From Octopus bimaculoides (Eukaryota): 63,998 nucleotides of DNA. The stretch lies in NCBI RefSeq assembly GCF_001194135.2, contig NC_068995.1, forward strand, positions 19,617,376-19,681,373, given 5' to 3'. The notes under the pieces are model-generated. The model was not told the DNA's origin. It saw nothing but the letters and a program-made list of their open reading frames with translations, and did not search any database. Of the stretch, positions 1 to 13,307 are shown piece after piece. The translations under genes were made by a program, and so were the position numbers. The first letter of the stretch is position 1. Each line of letters begins with the position of its first letter.

Positions 1-75
<75 letters not shown>

Positions 76-108
76 CAGACAGATAGATAGACAGAGAGAC
101 AGACAGAC

Positions 109-171
<63 letters not shown>

Positions 172-262
172 GACAGAGGTAGAGAGAGGTGGAGAGAGGG
201 GGAGAGGGAAGGAGAGAGGGGGAGAGAGAGGGGGAGAGAGAGAAAGAGAGAGAGAGAGAGAG
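1..262. repeat. (AGAT)n/(AGAC)n tetranucleotide array grading into an AG-rich purine tract
   Basis: Directly visible: AGAT units 1-170, then GA/GGA-rich tract to 262. Confidence 0.97.
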
Positions 263-1073
263 ATACTATCATTGTTTTCTAAGATTGTTTTCTATGATTT
301 TTCCGAAAGAGTGAGTGAACTCTGAGGAATGCCAATAATACTTATTTCGAACAAAGAATTCTCCAGTTATATTATGTAGCAGAGTAACATTTGTAAAGTA
401 TCTAAGGAGGGAATTTCAATTTCAATTCCAAAGGGGTCACATTTCACAGTCAAGTTTAAACATTTATACATATCATGTAAACATATGTCACCTATATACG
501 CATGAACGCGTGTATAGTGTGTGTTTGTGAACCAACGTACAAATAGATACGACAAAATCTAGTCAATACATTCTCAAAGAAAATCTCATCGTAAATTACT
601 TCATGACGCAATTTTTCGTCGAAAGTACGTACATGTCTCGGCTGTCTCTTTAGTATTGGACTTCACGATAGGCAGACATCTATGCCAGTGCTTCTCAGAA
701 GGTTTTGACTATCGCCCCCTTATCGCAATAATACATTTTAGAACACGCTTTCAAAAATTTAACAAAATCAAATACACCCACAAAAAAGAAAACAAAATGA
801 CCCCAGAATTGAGTTGGTAGAATAGTTAGAACATGTATATTATTTATGATCTCATTTCAAAAACCGCTCAGGATGTCCTGGGAATGTTAATATGAACTGT
901 GTGTTGACTTAGTCGACTACCCATGACCTGTACCAACATGCACCTGGCTAGAATGGTACACGGTAGAACGGTAGAGAGCCAAACCTCACCTCACTGTGGG
1001 GTTTGGACGACAAGTAAAGATACACAGCGATTGTTGTGCATTACCATCACATTAATATATTAATCATATCTGA

Positions 1074-1292
1074 GACGGCGGGTAGACAAAATCGTTCGTA
1101 CGACGGGCAAAATGCTTAGCTGCATTTCGTCCGTCTTTGCGCTCTGAGATCAAATTCCGCTGAGGTCGACTTTGCCTTTCATCATTTAGAGTTCGATAAA
1201 ATAAGTACCAGTTTAGCATTAGGATCAATGTAACAGGCTTATAACCCTACCTCACACACCTGCTGGCCTTGTGCCAACATTTGAAGCCAATA
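1074..1292 (+). mobile_element. SINE family A copy (tRNA-type head, core ...gttcaaattccgccgaggtcgactttgcctttcatcctttcggggtcgataaaataagtaccag..., 3' end ggccttgtgccaaaatttgaaacc)
   Basis: Colinear with more than 10 other copies in this window (e.g. 14325-14550, 29070-29283, 38540-38757, 60955-61172). B-box-like gatcaaattcc. Confidence 0.85.
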
Positions 1293-2399
1293 TACATACA
1301 TACATACATTTATATATATATATATATATAACCTGACTCCCATTCAAAGAGAAAACATAAAAGAGAAAAAGAGAAGATATAGTTTATACAATACTAATGT
1401 AAACAATGTTTCATAGTGTTCACTCTTCATTCGCCATTAAAAATAAACTTGCACATGAATAATTTTTTTTTTAATATAATACGGAATGTCAAAACAACTT
1501 TTCGGTCACTAATATTACTAGATAGTTCACAAAGAATAAAAATCGGAAATATTTTTGAAAGTAAAGGCAATTGTTTATTTACTTATTCATATTTTGAAGT
1601 CTATTGTTATTTTTGATGTTGTCGATGTTATTGTTACAGTCGCTGTGACTGTAGTTAACAAGTAGCTTATCATATTACATTAGATTTTTTAAAGTTAATA
1701 TTTAAGTAGAAGACAATGACTAAAAAACATTATACAGATGTTTCTGTCCGCCCCTACCACAGGCTTTCTTTCTATTGAAAAACTAGGTGGGGTTGGGGAG
1801 TAACACTGACTTTGAAAAAGCAATGATATACCTGGTTGTCCAATATGCTAAAGATAGCCACCAAATATCACTCAATTTATATTCAACCACCTTTGAATTT
1901 ATGGGGAATATCTCGCGTAATGGTGGTGTAATTCCAGTGTTGTGTGCTTTTACTTGATGTGGCTGTGGGGTGTTTCGAGCGCCACTGTACCAGTCTACCT
2001 CATTGCACATTGGCACTGATTATAGGCCGTCAACTAACTCGTCATTAGTATTTGAATAGTATTGTATTTTATCATGCCAAGAAAGAAGGAAAGCAAAGTT
2101 GTGCTGAGCAAGATTTGAAATCAGAAAATTAAAGCTAGAACAAATACCGAATGTTCCTTATCAGATGTTTTGGTGATTCTGTTTGTCCACTATCTCATCT
2201 AGCACAAATTTATATGCAGCTATAAGTAGTTATATTCCAATCATTCTTCATCGTCCACTATTCCTGAGAAAGTCGTGGGTGAAGAGACCTCAGACACCTC
2301 CATTAGGGTCCTATCAGAAGCAACCACCATTGGAATTTACGGTTAGATTCCTAATCGTGCCCAAATGAAACTATGAATATTATCCAATTATCTCGTCCT

Positions 2400-2735
2400 T
2401 AGCCTATCTCTAATTCGCCTGTCAGTAAGTTCGGTTTGAGGAGTATGCCTTGTGATTCTTTTCTGAGATTTCTAATCCCGTGACACCTGTTCCTACCATT
2501 ACTCGTGAAGAGGGCGTTTGGATAATCAGACTTTTCCACCTGTCTCAGTGATATTCCACTGACATGCTGGATGCCCTGAAGAAACTTTGTTGAGAGAACC
2601 AATGTTTCAGTCTCCTCATACTGGCCTTGCAGCTCTCGGCAGCGAACCCATTCAGTGCATACTAGAGATCACCATCTGATGAGCCAAGGAGCACCACGTG
2701 TCTGTAAAATATCAAACAACTGATCCTGCACCCAG
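2400..2735 (-). pseudogene. Decayed non-LTR retrotransposon reverse transcriptase fragment (RTE/L2-group)
   Basis: Minus-strand translation with frameshifts gives CRISCLIF-[T-D-x]-VVLLGSSDGDL*YALNGFAAESCKASMR, then TETLVLST...HVSGISLRQVEKSDYPNALFTSNGR. This matches the RT (Y/F)ADD region and the downstream 'L.QV.kFkYLG..FTsdGR' block. Confidence 0.7.
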
Positions 2736-3025
2736 CAATTGTGTTACAACTTCCTCAGCGAATGCGCATTTCCATTCATTTTAATAACAATTGTAAATCC
2801 AGAGGTTGCAATATTTATCCCTGCTGAGCTCCGAAGCTCACTCTAAAGATTTCGACATTGAAACTTCAACTGATATCACAAAATATCTGAGCAAAATGTA
2901 TATATATATATTTCATAGAAAATACTCTATCTACGATATATGACAACAATGGCACTAAGATTTATCAGCATAAAACGATAACAATGCAGAAACAGATTAC
3001 ATACACTCATTCATACTCACAACAC

Positions 3026-4395
3026 ACACGCTTAAACACACGCATGCACACACACACACAACATACACACACGTATATATATATNNNNNNNNNNNNNNNN
3101 NNNNNNNNNNNNNNNNNNNNNNNNNNNNNNNNNNNNNNNNNNNNNNNNNNNNNNNNNNNNNNNNNNNNNNNNNNNNNNNNNNNNNNNNNNNNNNNNNNNN
3201 NNNNNNNNNNNNNNNNNNNNTATATATATATATATATATATATATTTGTACATGTGTGTGAGTGTGCATGCATATATGTACGAGACTGTACGTGCACGGA
3301 AGTATGGTTTTAGGCATGTATATATGTATAGGTATGTTTGTGCCTATAATAAAAACGATGATGGTGATAAAAAAGAAGAGAAAGAGAGAATAGGAGAATA
3401 GGAGAAATAATTATTCTTGATATAAATAAATGTTGCGTTGAAAACCAGCAACGTAATTACACATATATCGTTGAAGTTGGATTTTATGACCGCATGTTTA
3501 GTTGGTATAATCGCATACAAAGACACAGCCACAACAAGCAGTTGCATATACTCACGCATGCATATACATACACTTATACATATGTAAATTTATATCAATC
3601 TATCCATCCATCCATATGTATTCATGTGTGTGTGTGTGCGTTTGTGTGAGTTTGTGCGTGTGTGTGTGAATGTGTGCGTGCGTGCGCACACATTTGTGTG
3701 TTTGTGTGTATATATGTTTTCATGTGTATATAGATAGATAGACTGATAGATACATCTATATAGTTACGCACATGTATGCATTCTCACACACACATACATC
3801 AAGCATTTATATATATGCATATATAATAGATTAATAAATTCGTATATCTGCATGTCTATATATGTGTATTTGTGTAGATATGTGTGTGAGCCCATATTTA
3901 AAAAGACCTATTAAAAAAAAAAACAGACATTAGATTATAAGTTCATATGCTAACTACAGCTGTTAGTTTGTGAAACGTTCAGTTCAATTAATCATAATAT
4001 ATAAGTATTTGATAGGTTCACCTGCTACGTTTAATGAAACTAAACAGCTGTAAAACACTTGTATAATGTTAACCAGTGCTCCTCAAATGAATCATTGTTG
4101 CTATATCAACTACATTATTTTCATGTATATGTGTATAATTTTATACATATTTTGTATATATGTGTATGTATGTGCGATTGTGTGTTAGTGTGTTTGTGCG
4201 TATGTATGTATGTGTATATAAATATGCATACATACATATACATGCGTATATGTATTTACATGTATGTGATATATGTGTGTGTGCGTGTATGAGCGTGTTT
4301 GTGTATGTGTGTGGTTATAATTTATGCGACAGACATGCACCCATACATACATATATTTATATATGTCTGCGTTTACAGGTTTGGGTACACACACA

Positions 4396-4475
<80 letters not shown>

Positions 4476-4520
4476 AAACACATACGCATATACAAACACA
4501 CATATATGTATATACGTTTA
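3026..4520. repeat. Mixed (CA)n/(TA)n/(TG)n/(GATA)n simple repeats around gap 3085-3220, including a pure (CA)n of ~85 bp at 4385-4472
   Basis: Directly visible; explains the HTHT/CVCV/YIYI ORFs. Confidence 0.9.
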
Positions 4521-4724
4521 TCCGCTTTTATGTTCCAAATTACTCAATAAGAAAACCAGACAGTCCCTAATCCAGAAACAACCCAGAGAGAAAGGCTTTG
4601 TCTGTGGATTTTCCACCACGTCAAATTGGCACAGGTATTCGCTACTGTGTTTCTGTGGAACTTTAGCTATCTATGTACATGAAACTATAAATACATCCGG
4701 TAATCTATGCTTTGATATATTCTC

Positions 4725-5926
4725 AGATCGTCGTGCCTTGCCCAAGTTTCCGCTTGATTAGATTGGGACGTATACTGTGTATTTTCTTGAGGAAAGAACG
4801 CAATCCGATGGTGAGGCTGTCGGTCTGCTATCTTTTTCCTCTGTGTGGCGGTTTAGGCTTGCCAAGGGTTTTAATGCGCAGGCACGTACTCAGGTTGCAC
4901 CACCTGCAGCGACTTCTAGAAGGTTTCGTTTGTGAGACACGCTTTTCCGCAGCTCGTCTCCTTGACAGAACTGCAGTCCTGGGTAATGGATAGGCTGAGA
5001 CTGAGCGCCTAGCACTTAGAATGTCGTCGGGCATTCACTATCCTCCACAAGTCTGACAATTAAATCGGTGGGTGTTCCGCTTTAGTTATATACAGAACAT
5101 TAGTTGTGGGGAAGTGCGACGACGTCTTCGGAGAAACCCTAGGCGTCGACGAAGATAAACTGGCAAGTCTATTCGGGACGTCTTTCTGGTCGGGGACTAC
5201 TATGGATAATTTCCAGATGTCTTTGGCCTAGCAATGCTACCAGTGGTGGTGGGGGGTGTAGCCGGTTCGTGATTAACTCTACAGGTACGGATGTGTTGTC
5301 AGACGGGCTTGTTCGAGGTGCTCGCAGAGCAACAAAACCGTTCTGCATGCACTCGTTCAGTGTCTGGGAATTGCTGACTTGTGAAGTTATGTCAAACAGC
5401 TGCTGTTACGTGTGGGACGGATCCGTCTGTCAGTCGAGACGAAAATGATGATTATCCCACCACCCTCCTCTAATCGGGCAGACAAGGCAGTTTTCCTTTG
5501 TCTGGTAGCAGTGGCGAAAGAGGTTGTGTGGTGGACGAAGATGACAGGAATGAGGACAGAAACTTTCCTATTTAGTAAAGCCCACGTTGACTTTTTCAAG
5601 TTTGACTTGAAGATGATAGTAAGGGTGGAGAGGGAGGTGCTCCCCTCGAGAGAATTTATGAAAAGAAGGGTGGCATTCAGAGTGATCTTGGATGGTGGGT
5701 TTCTTTGGTTATCCCTAGAGGTCCTCCTGTATCAGGGGAACTCCATCACTATCACTTTCTTATCCCCTCCTTTTTTCCTAGTGTCGTATACTATTTATAC
5801 TTCCCTTCTAATGTATGCCGTGTATACTTTTTGTTTTAATATTCCATTATATGTAAACCCAACACTTTATGTCTGCCTTTGCATTGTCCCCCTTATCCTT
5901 CGCCCTGGTGGCAAATAAAAGAAATC

Positions 5927-5965
<39 letters not shown>
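4725..5965 (+). mobile_element. 5'-truncated L1/Tx1-clade LINE: ORF2 C-terminus, 3' UTR, AATAAA and (AGT)n tail
   Basis: VVPCPS...FLRKERNPMVRLSVCYLFPLCGGLGLP (post-RT GGLG block). C-x2-C-x8-H-x4-C finger CSRCSQSNKTVLHALVQC at ~5330-5385, in frame (one stop) with ORF 5412-5918 (AKEVVWWT...FFKFDLK...RVEREVL). Pyrimidine-rich UTR, AATAAA at 5914-5919, about 13 AGT units at 5927-5965. Confidence 0.8.
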
Positions 5966-6569
5966 TCATGAAAGAATCATTAGAAAGGCAAGCAAACTGC
6001 ATTCGTTACGATTCTTTACGTTGTGAGCTTGAAATCCGGCATTCATCCATATGTTGTAGATTTGATTAAATAAATAATGTGATGTATATCACCCCCAAAG
6101 TTAGCGAACCAATCCTTATTGCTGTCATCATCGTTATCATGGTCGTCTTCGTCGTCGTCGTCGTTGTCGTCGTCCTCATCAATTTTATTATCGACATTGT
6201 CAACGTTACCAGAACAACGTGGGAAATTTTGTTTTTCTATCTGAAATTTTTCGATATATGATAAACTATTCTTTTGATGATGAACCGAACTATTCGGCAA
6301 ACGTTTCTATCATGGAGCCTGACATGTGTAATACGATATGTGTTGTATTATGATAGTTTGGAATGTCAGATTTCAATCAAACCTGGAAAAGGTGAGCCTG
6401 CAGGCTGTTTTTGAAAGGTGAGAACGTTGGGAAAGTTTTTATTTTAAGTAATACTGTGTTTGAACCTTGAAGTAGCATTGGTTAAAGAGAAGTAAAGAGC
6501 AGAAATAATTTCCAGATGTGAGAAGAATGACAAATATACTATTACGATTTCTCTTGTTGGCTATAGAAC

Positions 6570-6915
6570 GGCAAGCCGGTCGGTACGTTAGCTTACCGGA
6601 CGAAATATATAGAGGCATTTCGTCTGGCTTTATGTTCTGAGCTCAAATACCTCTCTGGTCGACTTTGCCTTTAATCCTTCCAGGGTCGATAATTAAAGCA
6701 CCAGTCAAGCATAAGTGTTAATGTTATTAGCTATAGGCCGTGCGCCTATAGTACAAAGGATTAACGGCGGTCAGCTGGCGGAATGGTCAGTATGTCGGGC
6801 TAAATGCTTGAAGGCATTTCATCTGAGATCAAAATCGGCCGAGGTAAACTCTGCCTCTCATCCTTTCGGGATTCATAAAATAAATACTAGCTGATTACTG
6901 GAGTCGATACGCCTA
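6570..6915 (+). mobile_element. Two diverged SINE family A copies (about 6570-6730 and 6768-6915)
   Basis: Both carry gcatttcgtc/ctgagntcaaa...gactttgcctt...cagggtcgataa core motifs. Confidence 0.7.
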
Positions 6916-8548
6916 TCACAGAAAGGATTTTTACTGTTGTTGTTTTTGTTGTTGAAAAATAGTAAACCTTCCCTGATTAACCGAAATCTCAATCATTCAA
7001 AATTAAAGAATATTTGTTTTAGCATTCCAAAACACCAATACAGCAATAGATGTATTACGTGGATCTAAATACCTTTCATTATCAGAAATCTAAATATTCC
7101 TTCTTTATTGGTAATGCATGCAAACACGCTTTGCAAAGTTTACAGCAACGAAAGATCTTTTATGAATAAGTCTTTGATTTGTTCTTTGGTTGGTGAAAAG
7201 ATATCATGGATGATCAGGTAAAATAAAGAAGCAATCCTTTTGGAAACATTTGTTCTAAATGTGGAACCAATTCTTTTAGAACCAATCCTTTTGGAACATT
7301 GCTTCTAAATGAAGAAACATTTTTTGGAAGAACTATTTTTTGAAAGAAAGTTTTTTTTTTTTTTCTTTTTCGATCGCAAGATTTGGTGATGCCGTTTTAG
7401 TCCTAGGACAGTCCTGATTTTGCAAATGTATATTAAAATATATCCCCACCGTGACTATGCCACCTCACTCCTACGCAAAATAGAGGGTGCGCTGGAAAAC
7501 ATATCGTCGAATGAGGATAATGACTCTCTCGGATCCATGTTTCGGTTCATTTTTAAGTATAGCTCTCAGAAAAGTATACATGACAGGAAATTTATTTCTG
7601 TTCATGCTGACATATATTAACGTGTGTGTATGTTCATGTTTTCAATTTCATACATGCATGCCTCTGTGTATGTGTGTGCCTCTCTGTATGTGTGTGTGTG
7701 TTTGTGTGTGCCAGTGCGTATGTGTTTGTCTGTGTGTGTCTGTGTGCGTGTCTATGTGCTTCTGTGTAATTGTGTGTATGTTCGCGTGTGTATATATATA
7801 TATTTGTATTTTTATTTATATAACATTACTTGTACAGAAACCTCTAATCATTCTACACTATATGTGTGTGTGTATATGTGTGTGCGTACGTGCATATGTA
7901 TGTGTGTATGCATATATCGATAGATATATTTACATACATACAAACATACAAATTTAATCATCTTTGTGAAGAGACAGAGAAGATTGATTTTAAAATGAAA
8001 GAGATTTATTTTTTTTAACCATTCATCTTTCTAAATAGCCACCTGGTTGATTATATTTTCGGAGGTATCAAGAAGAGAGCTGAATAATATTTGATGACAC
8101 TTTACCATAAGAGGAAAAGTTTTTTAAAGAAAACAACTGTGTTAATTGTAACCACAATTCATAGGAGCCTAAGCTACACAGGATAGGTATTATGTTTTAT
8201 GAGAATATCGGATTGTACAACAAAATCTTTTGACGTCTATGGATTAATAAATTTGAATTTCCATTACTTACACTATGAAGTAAATTTGTGAGACGAAAAT
8301 TTCTCGTCAAATTTTCGTATTAAATAAATCGGTAAAATATATTATTCTCTTTGTGGACATGAAACAGTCTAACTAGGCGTTATACAGCGATTTATTTTCT
8401 TTTATTTCTATTTATTTTTTTTTATTATTCATCTTAATGTTCACAATGACGCGGAAACTCATTGCTACGAGCGTCGTAATTGATCAGGAGCAAAGCTATG
8501 AAGCTGCTATCTACTGAACAAAGTCCTAAAGTAAATGTATATGTACGA

Positions 8549-8579
<31 letters not shown>

Positions 8580-8758
8580 TGTATGTATGTATGTATGTAT
8601 GTATGCATGTAAGTATGTATCTATGTATGTATGTATGCATGTAAGTATGTATCTATGTATGTATGTATGTATGTGTATGTATGTATGTATGTATGTATGT
8701 ATGTATGTATGTATGTATGTATGTGTGTATGTATGCATGCATGCATGTATGTATGTAT
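8549..8758. repeat. (TATG)n microsatellite
   Basis: Directly visible. Confidence 0.95.
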
Positions 8759-8779
8759 GGTACACTATCTTCTTTTACT

Positions 8780-9092
8780 ATATGTAGCTTCGATATGACC
8801 AAAGACTTATTAGTGGATTTCACAGACGGAAACTGAAAGAAATCCGACATATACTCACACATACATACACACATACATCTGTGTGTGTGTGTGTATGTTT
8901 GATTATGTGTTTGTCCCCAAGCACCGTCATAACCGATATTCATTCCTTTACACTCAAGAGATTTCGTGGTTTCACACACCGGTAGAATATAGATCGAGCT
9001 TATGAATAAGTACTGGGGATCGATTTGTTAGGCTAAACCCTTCAATTCGATGCCCAGCATAACCGCGGTCCGATCACTGATACAAGTAAATG
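8780..9092 (+). mobile_element. SINE family B copy, 5'-truncated (core ...gtggatt...agacggaaactgaaagaa..., internal CA/TG tract, 3' tail ...aataagtactgggg.tcgattt...cagcat..ccgc.gtc...actga.acaagtaaa)
   Basis: Colinear with 18820-19165, 22425-23528 and 26865-27490. Confidence 0.75.
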
Positions 9093-10681
9093 GTTAATAT
9101 ATATATATATATATATACATGCAGCGTGGAAGTTGTATATAAGCCGTTTTAAAAACACAAAAACTGTTAGATTCATTTCAACTTCTAAATTTAATTTGTC
9201 AAAATATTTTCGTCGCTTTCAAACCGCGGCCCGTTCGCTGACAAAACTCNNNNNNNNNNNNNNNNNNNNNNNNNNNNNNNNNNNNNNNNNNNNNNNNNNN
9301 NNNNNNNNNNNNNNNNNNNNNNNNNNNNNNNNNNNNNNNNNNNNNNNNNNNNNNNNNNNNNNNNNNNNNNNNNNNNNNNNNNNNNNNNNNNNNNNNNNNN
9401 NNNNNNNNNNNNNNNNNNNNNNNNNNNNNNNNNNNNNNNNNNNNNNNNNNNNNNNNNNNNNNNNNNNNNNNNNNNNNNNNNNNNNNNNNNNNNNNNNNNN
9501 NNNNNNNNNNNNNNNNNNNNNNNNNNNNNNNNNNNNNNNNNNNNNNNNNNNNNNNNNNNNNNNNNNNNNNNNNNNNNNNNNNNNNNNNNNNNNNNNNNNN
9601 NNNNNNNNNNNNNNNNNNNNNNNNNNNNNNNNNNNNNNNNNNNNNNNNNNNNNNNNNNNNNNNNNNNNNNNNNNNNNNNNNNNNNNNNNNNNNNNNNNNN
9701 NNNNNNNNNNNNNNNNNNNNNNNNNNNNNNNNNNNNNNNNNNNNNNNNNNNNNNNNNNNNNNNNNNNNNNNNNNNNNNNNNNNNNNNNNNNNNNNNNNNN
9801 NNNNNNNNNNNNNNNNNNNNNNNNNNNNNNNNNNNNNNNNNNNNNNNNNNNNNNNNNNNNNNNNNNNNNNNNNNNNNNNNNNNNNNNNNNNNNNNNNNNN
9901 NNNNNNNNNNNNNNNNNNNNNNNNNNNNNNNNNNNNNNNNNNNNNNNNNNNNNNNNNNNNNNNNNNNNNNNNNNNNNNNNNNNNNNNNNNNNNNNNNNNN
10001 NNNNNNNNNNNNNNNNTATATATATATATATATATATATATATGAACGTGTATGTTTGTGTGTGTGTGTTTGTATGTGATATATATGCGCGTTTGTGCGG
10101 GTGAATGTGTGTATGGTTTATACGTGTGTCTATGTAGTGAAGCAGATGTGGTTATATATCAATGTGTTGAGCAAATAAACACTTAGAGATAAATTCCGTA
10201 TCCTTAGAACGCACTCAAACATTCATTCCATCTTAAGATAAATAACTATATCCAAGTGCATCGCTGGCCGTTTGATTGTATGTTTACCGTATCTCCGCAT
10301 GTGAGTATACAAATAATCCTCGTTGTGTCTGCGGGTATTACACACACACATGCGCGCGCACACATATGAACTATTATTCGAAGTAATGTCATATTTAATT
10401 GTTTTTCTGTTTTGCCGTTGATATGATATGAAAGAGAGACTACCAAACATCAATTTAATCCCGCACACAAATATGTGTATGTATATATATATACGCATAC
10501 ATATATATATATATGTGTGTGCGTGTGTGTATATGTGTGTATATGTGTGTATGTGTGTGTGTATGTGTGTGTGTATGTGTGAGTGTGTGTATCTATGTGT
10601 ATATGTATATATATATACATATATATATATACGTACGCAAATATTTGCATATAAACATTTATAAATATATATACGTATATA

Positions 10682-10712
<31 letters not shown>

Positions 10713-11139
10713 NNNNNNNNNNNNNNNNNNNNNNNNNNNNNNNNNNNNNNNNNNNNNNNNNNNNNNNNNNNNNNNNNNNNNNNNNNNNNNNNNNNNNNNN
10801 NNNNNNNNNNNNNNNNNNNNNNNNNNNNNNNNNNNNNNNNNNNNNNNNNNNNNNNNNNNNNNNNNNNNNNNNNNNNNNNNNNNNNNNNNNNNNNNNNNNN
10901 NNNNNNNNNNNNNNNNNNNNNNNNNNNNNNNNNNNNNNNNNNNNNNNNNNNNNNNNNNNNNNNNNNNNNNNNNNNNNNNNNNNNNNNNNNNNNNNNNNNN
11001 NNNNNNNNNNNNNNNNNNNNNNNNNNNNNNNNNNNNNNNNNNNNNNNNNNNNNNNNNNNNNNNNNNNNNNNNNNNNNNNNNNNNNNNNNNNNNNNNNNNN
11101 NNNNNNNNNNNNNNNNNNNNNNNNNNNNNNNNNNNNNNN

Positions 11140-11176
<37 letters not shown>

Positions 11177-11771
11177 AGAAACATGCACAAACACACAAAT
11201 ATAGATCATTGTCTTGTTTCAGTCATTAGATTGTGACTATGTTGGGGCATCGCCTTAAAGAATATGTAGTTGAATGTATCGCCCCAACTACTTACATTTT
11301 AAAAGCTTGCTGTTTATTCTGTCATTCCTTTCTCGAGCCCCTACGCTACAGGGTTCATAAACACACCAGCAGCCGTTATCAACTTATGGTGATAGGTGGA
11401 CAAACACAAAAACACACATACACTTACACACACACTCTATCTCTATGTATGAAACAGAATAAAGAGAAGAAAAAAGTGGGCAGGGATTTTAGTTTGTAAT
11501 GTAAAGAAAAAGGGGTTGGTTGTTGACATATATGTGAATGATCGACATAAGGAGCGAAGAGACCAGGGCATAAAAATGAAGGGAGCAAACCTTTGTAGTG
11601 AAAAGAAGAAAAACAGAATGTCTAGTTATTTTTTTCTATTTCGTTTTTGTTCTTTTAGTTCGTTATTTGTGTAAGTGTTATTGTTGTGATGTGTTGAATA
11701 TAAGGCGGAGATCGGTGAAACACTCAACGAAGCCATAGAGGTAGGGAATGCTGTTTAAAGAACGCAGATGG

Positions 11772-11818
<47 letters not shown>

Positions 11819-13018
11819 AAAAATGAAGGTAAGGGAGGTGTAACAAGAATATTTTGAAGTAAAGTACGTGACCGAACTGAGACGCTCAGCTTACCATGAT
11901 CGGATATCTTGAGGTCATGCTTATAATTATTTTCTCTCACCACAGCTTCTTCTTTTTCCAAAATAACAAACATTACTTCTCAAACAAGATGGCTGCAATA
12001 TGCGTTGGAAAACAGAAGGAAAAGCGACTCTGTCCTGACTTTCACCTCACGAATATATGAATATCGAGATTTTTCTTGATTCAGCCACTGAACTCTGGCT
12101 ACGCTATAGCAATGCTTTTTAGGTTAACGCCAAATACATTGACACGAATATTGCTTTTTTTTTGGAGTAGTATTTAATCTATTCGCCTCGGCAGGATGAA
12201 ACACAAAATAGACTCTAAAGAGTTTTGAACTCTGAATAGAGGCGTAATAAAAAAACACTAATTATATTGTCATAATCTGACTCCTACGTAATATTTTTGG
12301 GATCACCTTTCAAATAACTATTCCAACTTCAACACTTCTATCATTTATAAACTTACCGGCTCTTAATCATATCTCGTGTTCACTTCTTTCTACCAAACTC
12401 ACACCAAATTAGCTACTACATTCTCACAATCCCTTCACTCTGCTCCCTTTTAGCCAACACTCTGAATACGAAGTTACTGTAGTCGCATCTAAGTCTCCTC
12501 ACTTAGTTGTTCTCTGACGATTACTTTTTTCCGAACAATCCATATAAATGCACTATGTAACTCCTTTCTGATCATGCACCTTCACACATCTTTCTTAGTA
12601 TCATCAGATGAGACAACAGCCTTGGAGAGCTTCTGGTTCATAGTTTCTTTTACTCCTTGACAAACCTTGTAGCTTGTGATTGGTCCTTCGTCAAGAAGAT
12701 TTCCAGCTTACAAGTTCGAGACCCACTTTACCGTTTCATCTATGCCACGCTGTCCAATACATCTTCTGCTGCGTCAGATTCTGAGAAAATATTTGCATAT
12801 TTACACAGGGAAATTCGGACTTTATATCGATTATAGAGAAAACGTTGCTTATTCAAAGCAAAAGGACTGGATTTCTTAAACCGTGATTTGATACACTGTT
12901 TCTAAAAGCGACACCCTTCATCTTCCTGCTTGCATTCCCTTACATTATCACACGACTGGCGCTTCCCATTTCCTTCTTCAAAAGCAACCAACAACAGTCA
13001 ATAACACTTTGTAATGTA

Positions 13019-13307
13019 TAGTGTTTCCAACCTAATTTTCTCTGAGGCCCCACTAAAAATGTATGTCTCCCCGGTGGTTGCAAAAAAAGCAACTTTATTA
13101 TTAATATGTTATCACAAAATATTTAATACTAAAGAATCTACCAATAACGTTTTTATCAAATACTGAGTACGAAACAAAAGTACATAATTGACTAAGAAAA
13201 AAAAAGTGAATCGCCTTAATGAGAACCTTGTTCTAGCAACTACGGCAACACGCATGACTACAACTTTCCCAGGCCCCACCGGTGGAGCCTTACGTTAGGA
13301 ACCGCTC
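13019..13307. mobile_element. Degenerate hAT-type MITE
   Basis: Ends tagtgtttccaacc and gttaggaaccgctc resemble CAGTG(G/T)TT(C/T)CCAAC hAT TIRs. AT-rich interior with ggcccc subterminal motifs at both ends. Target duplication only partial. Confidence 0.45.

Noticed and set aside
686-815. cagtgcttctca... resembling a hAT 5' TIR
   Set aside because: No convincing matching 3' TIR or TSD; at best a very decayed fragment.
12330-12980. Pyrimidine-rich unique stretch that might be an old LINE 3' region; ctgatga...gaaa on the minus strand near 12592-12608
   Set aside because: No recognisable peptide motif, and the bases between CTGATGA and GAAA cannot form stem II.
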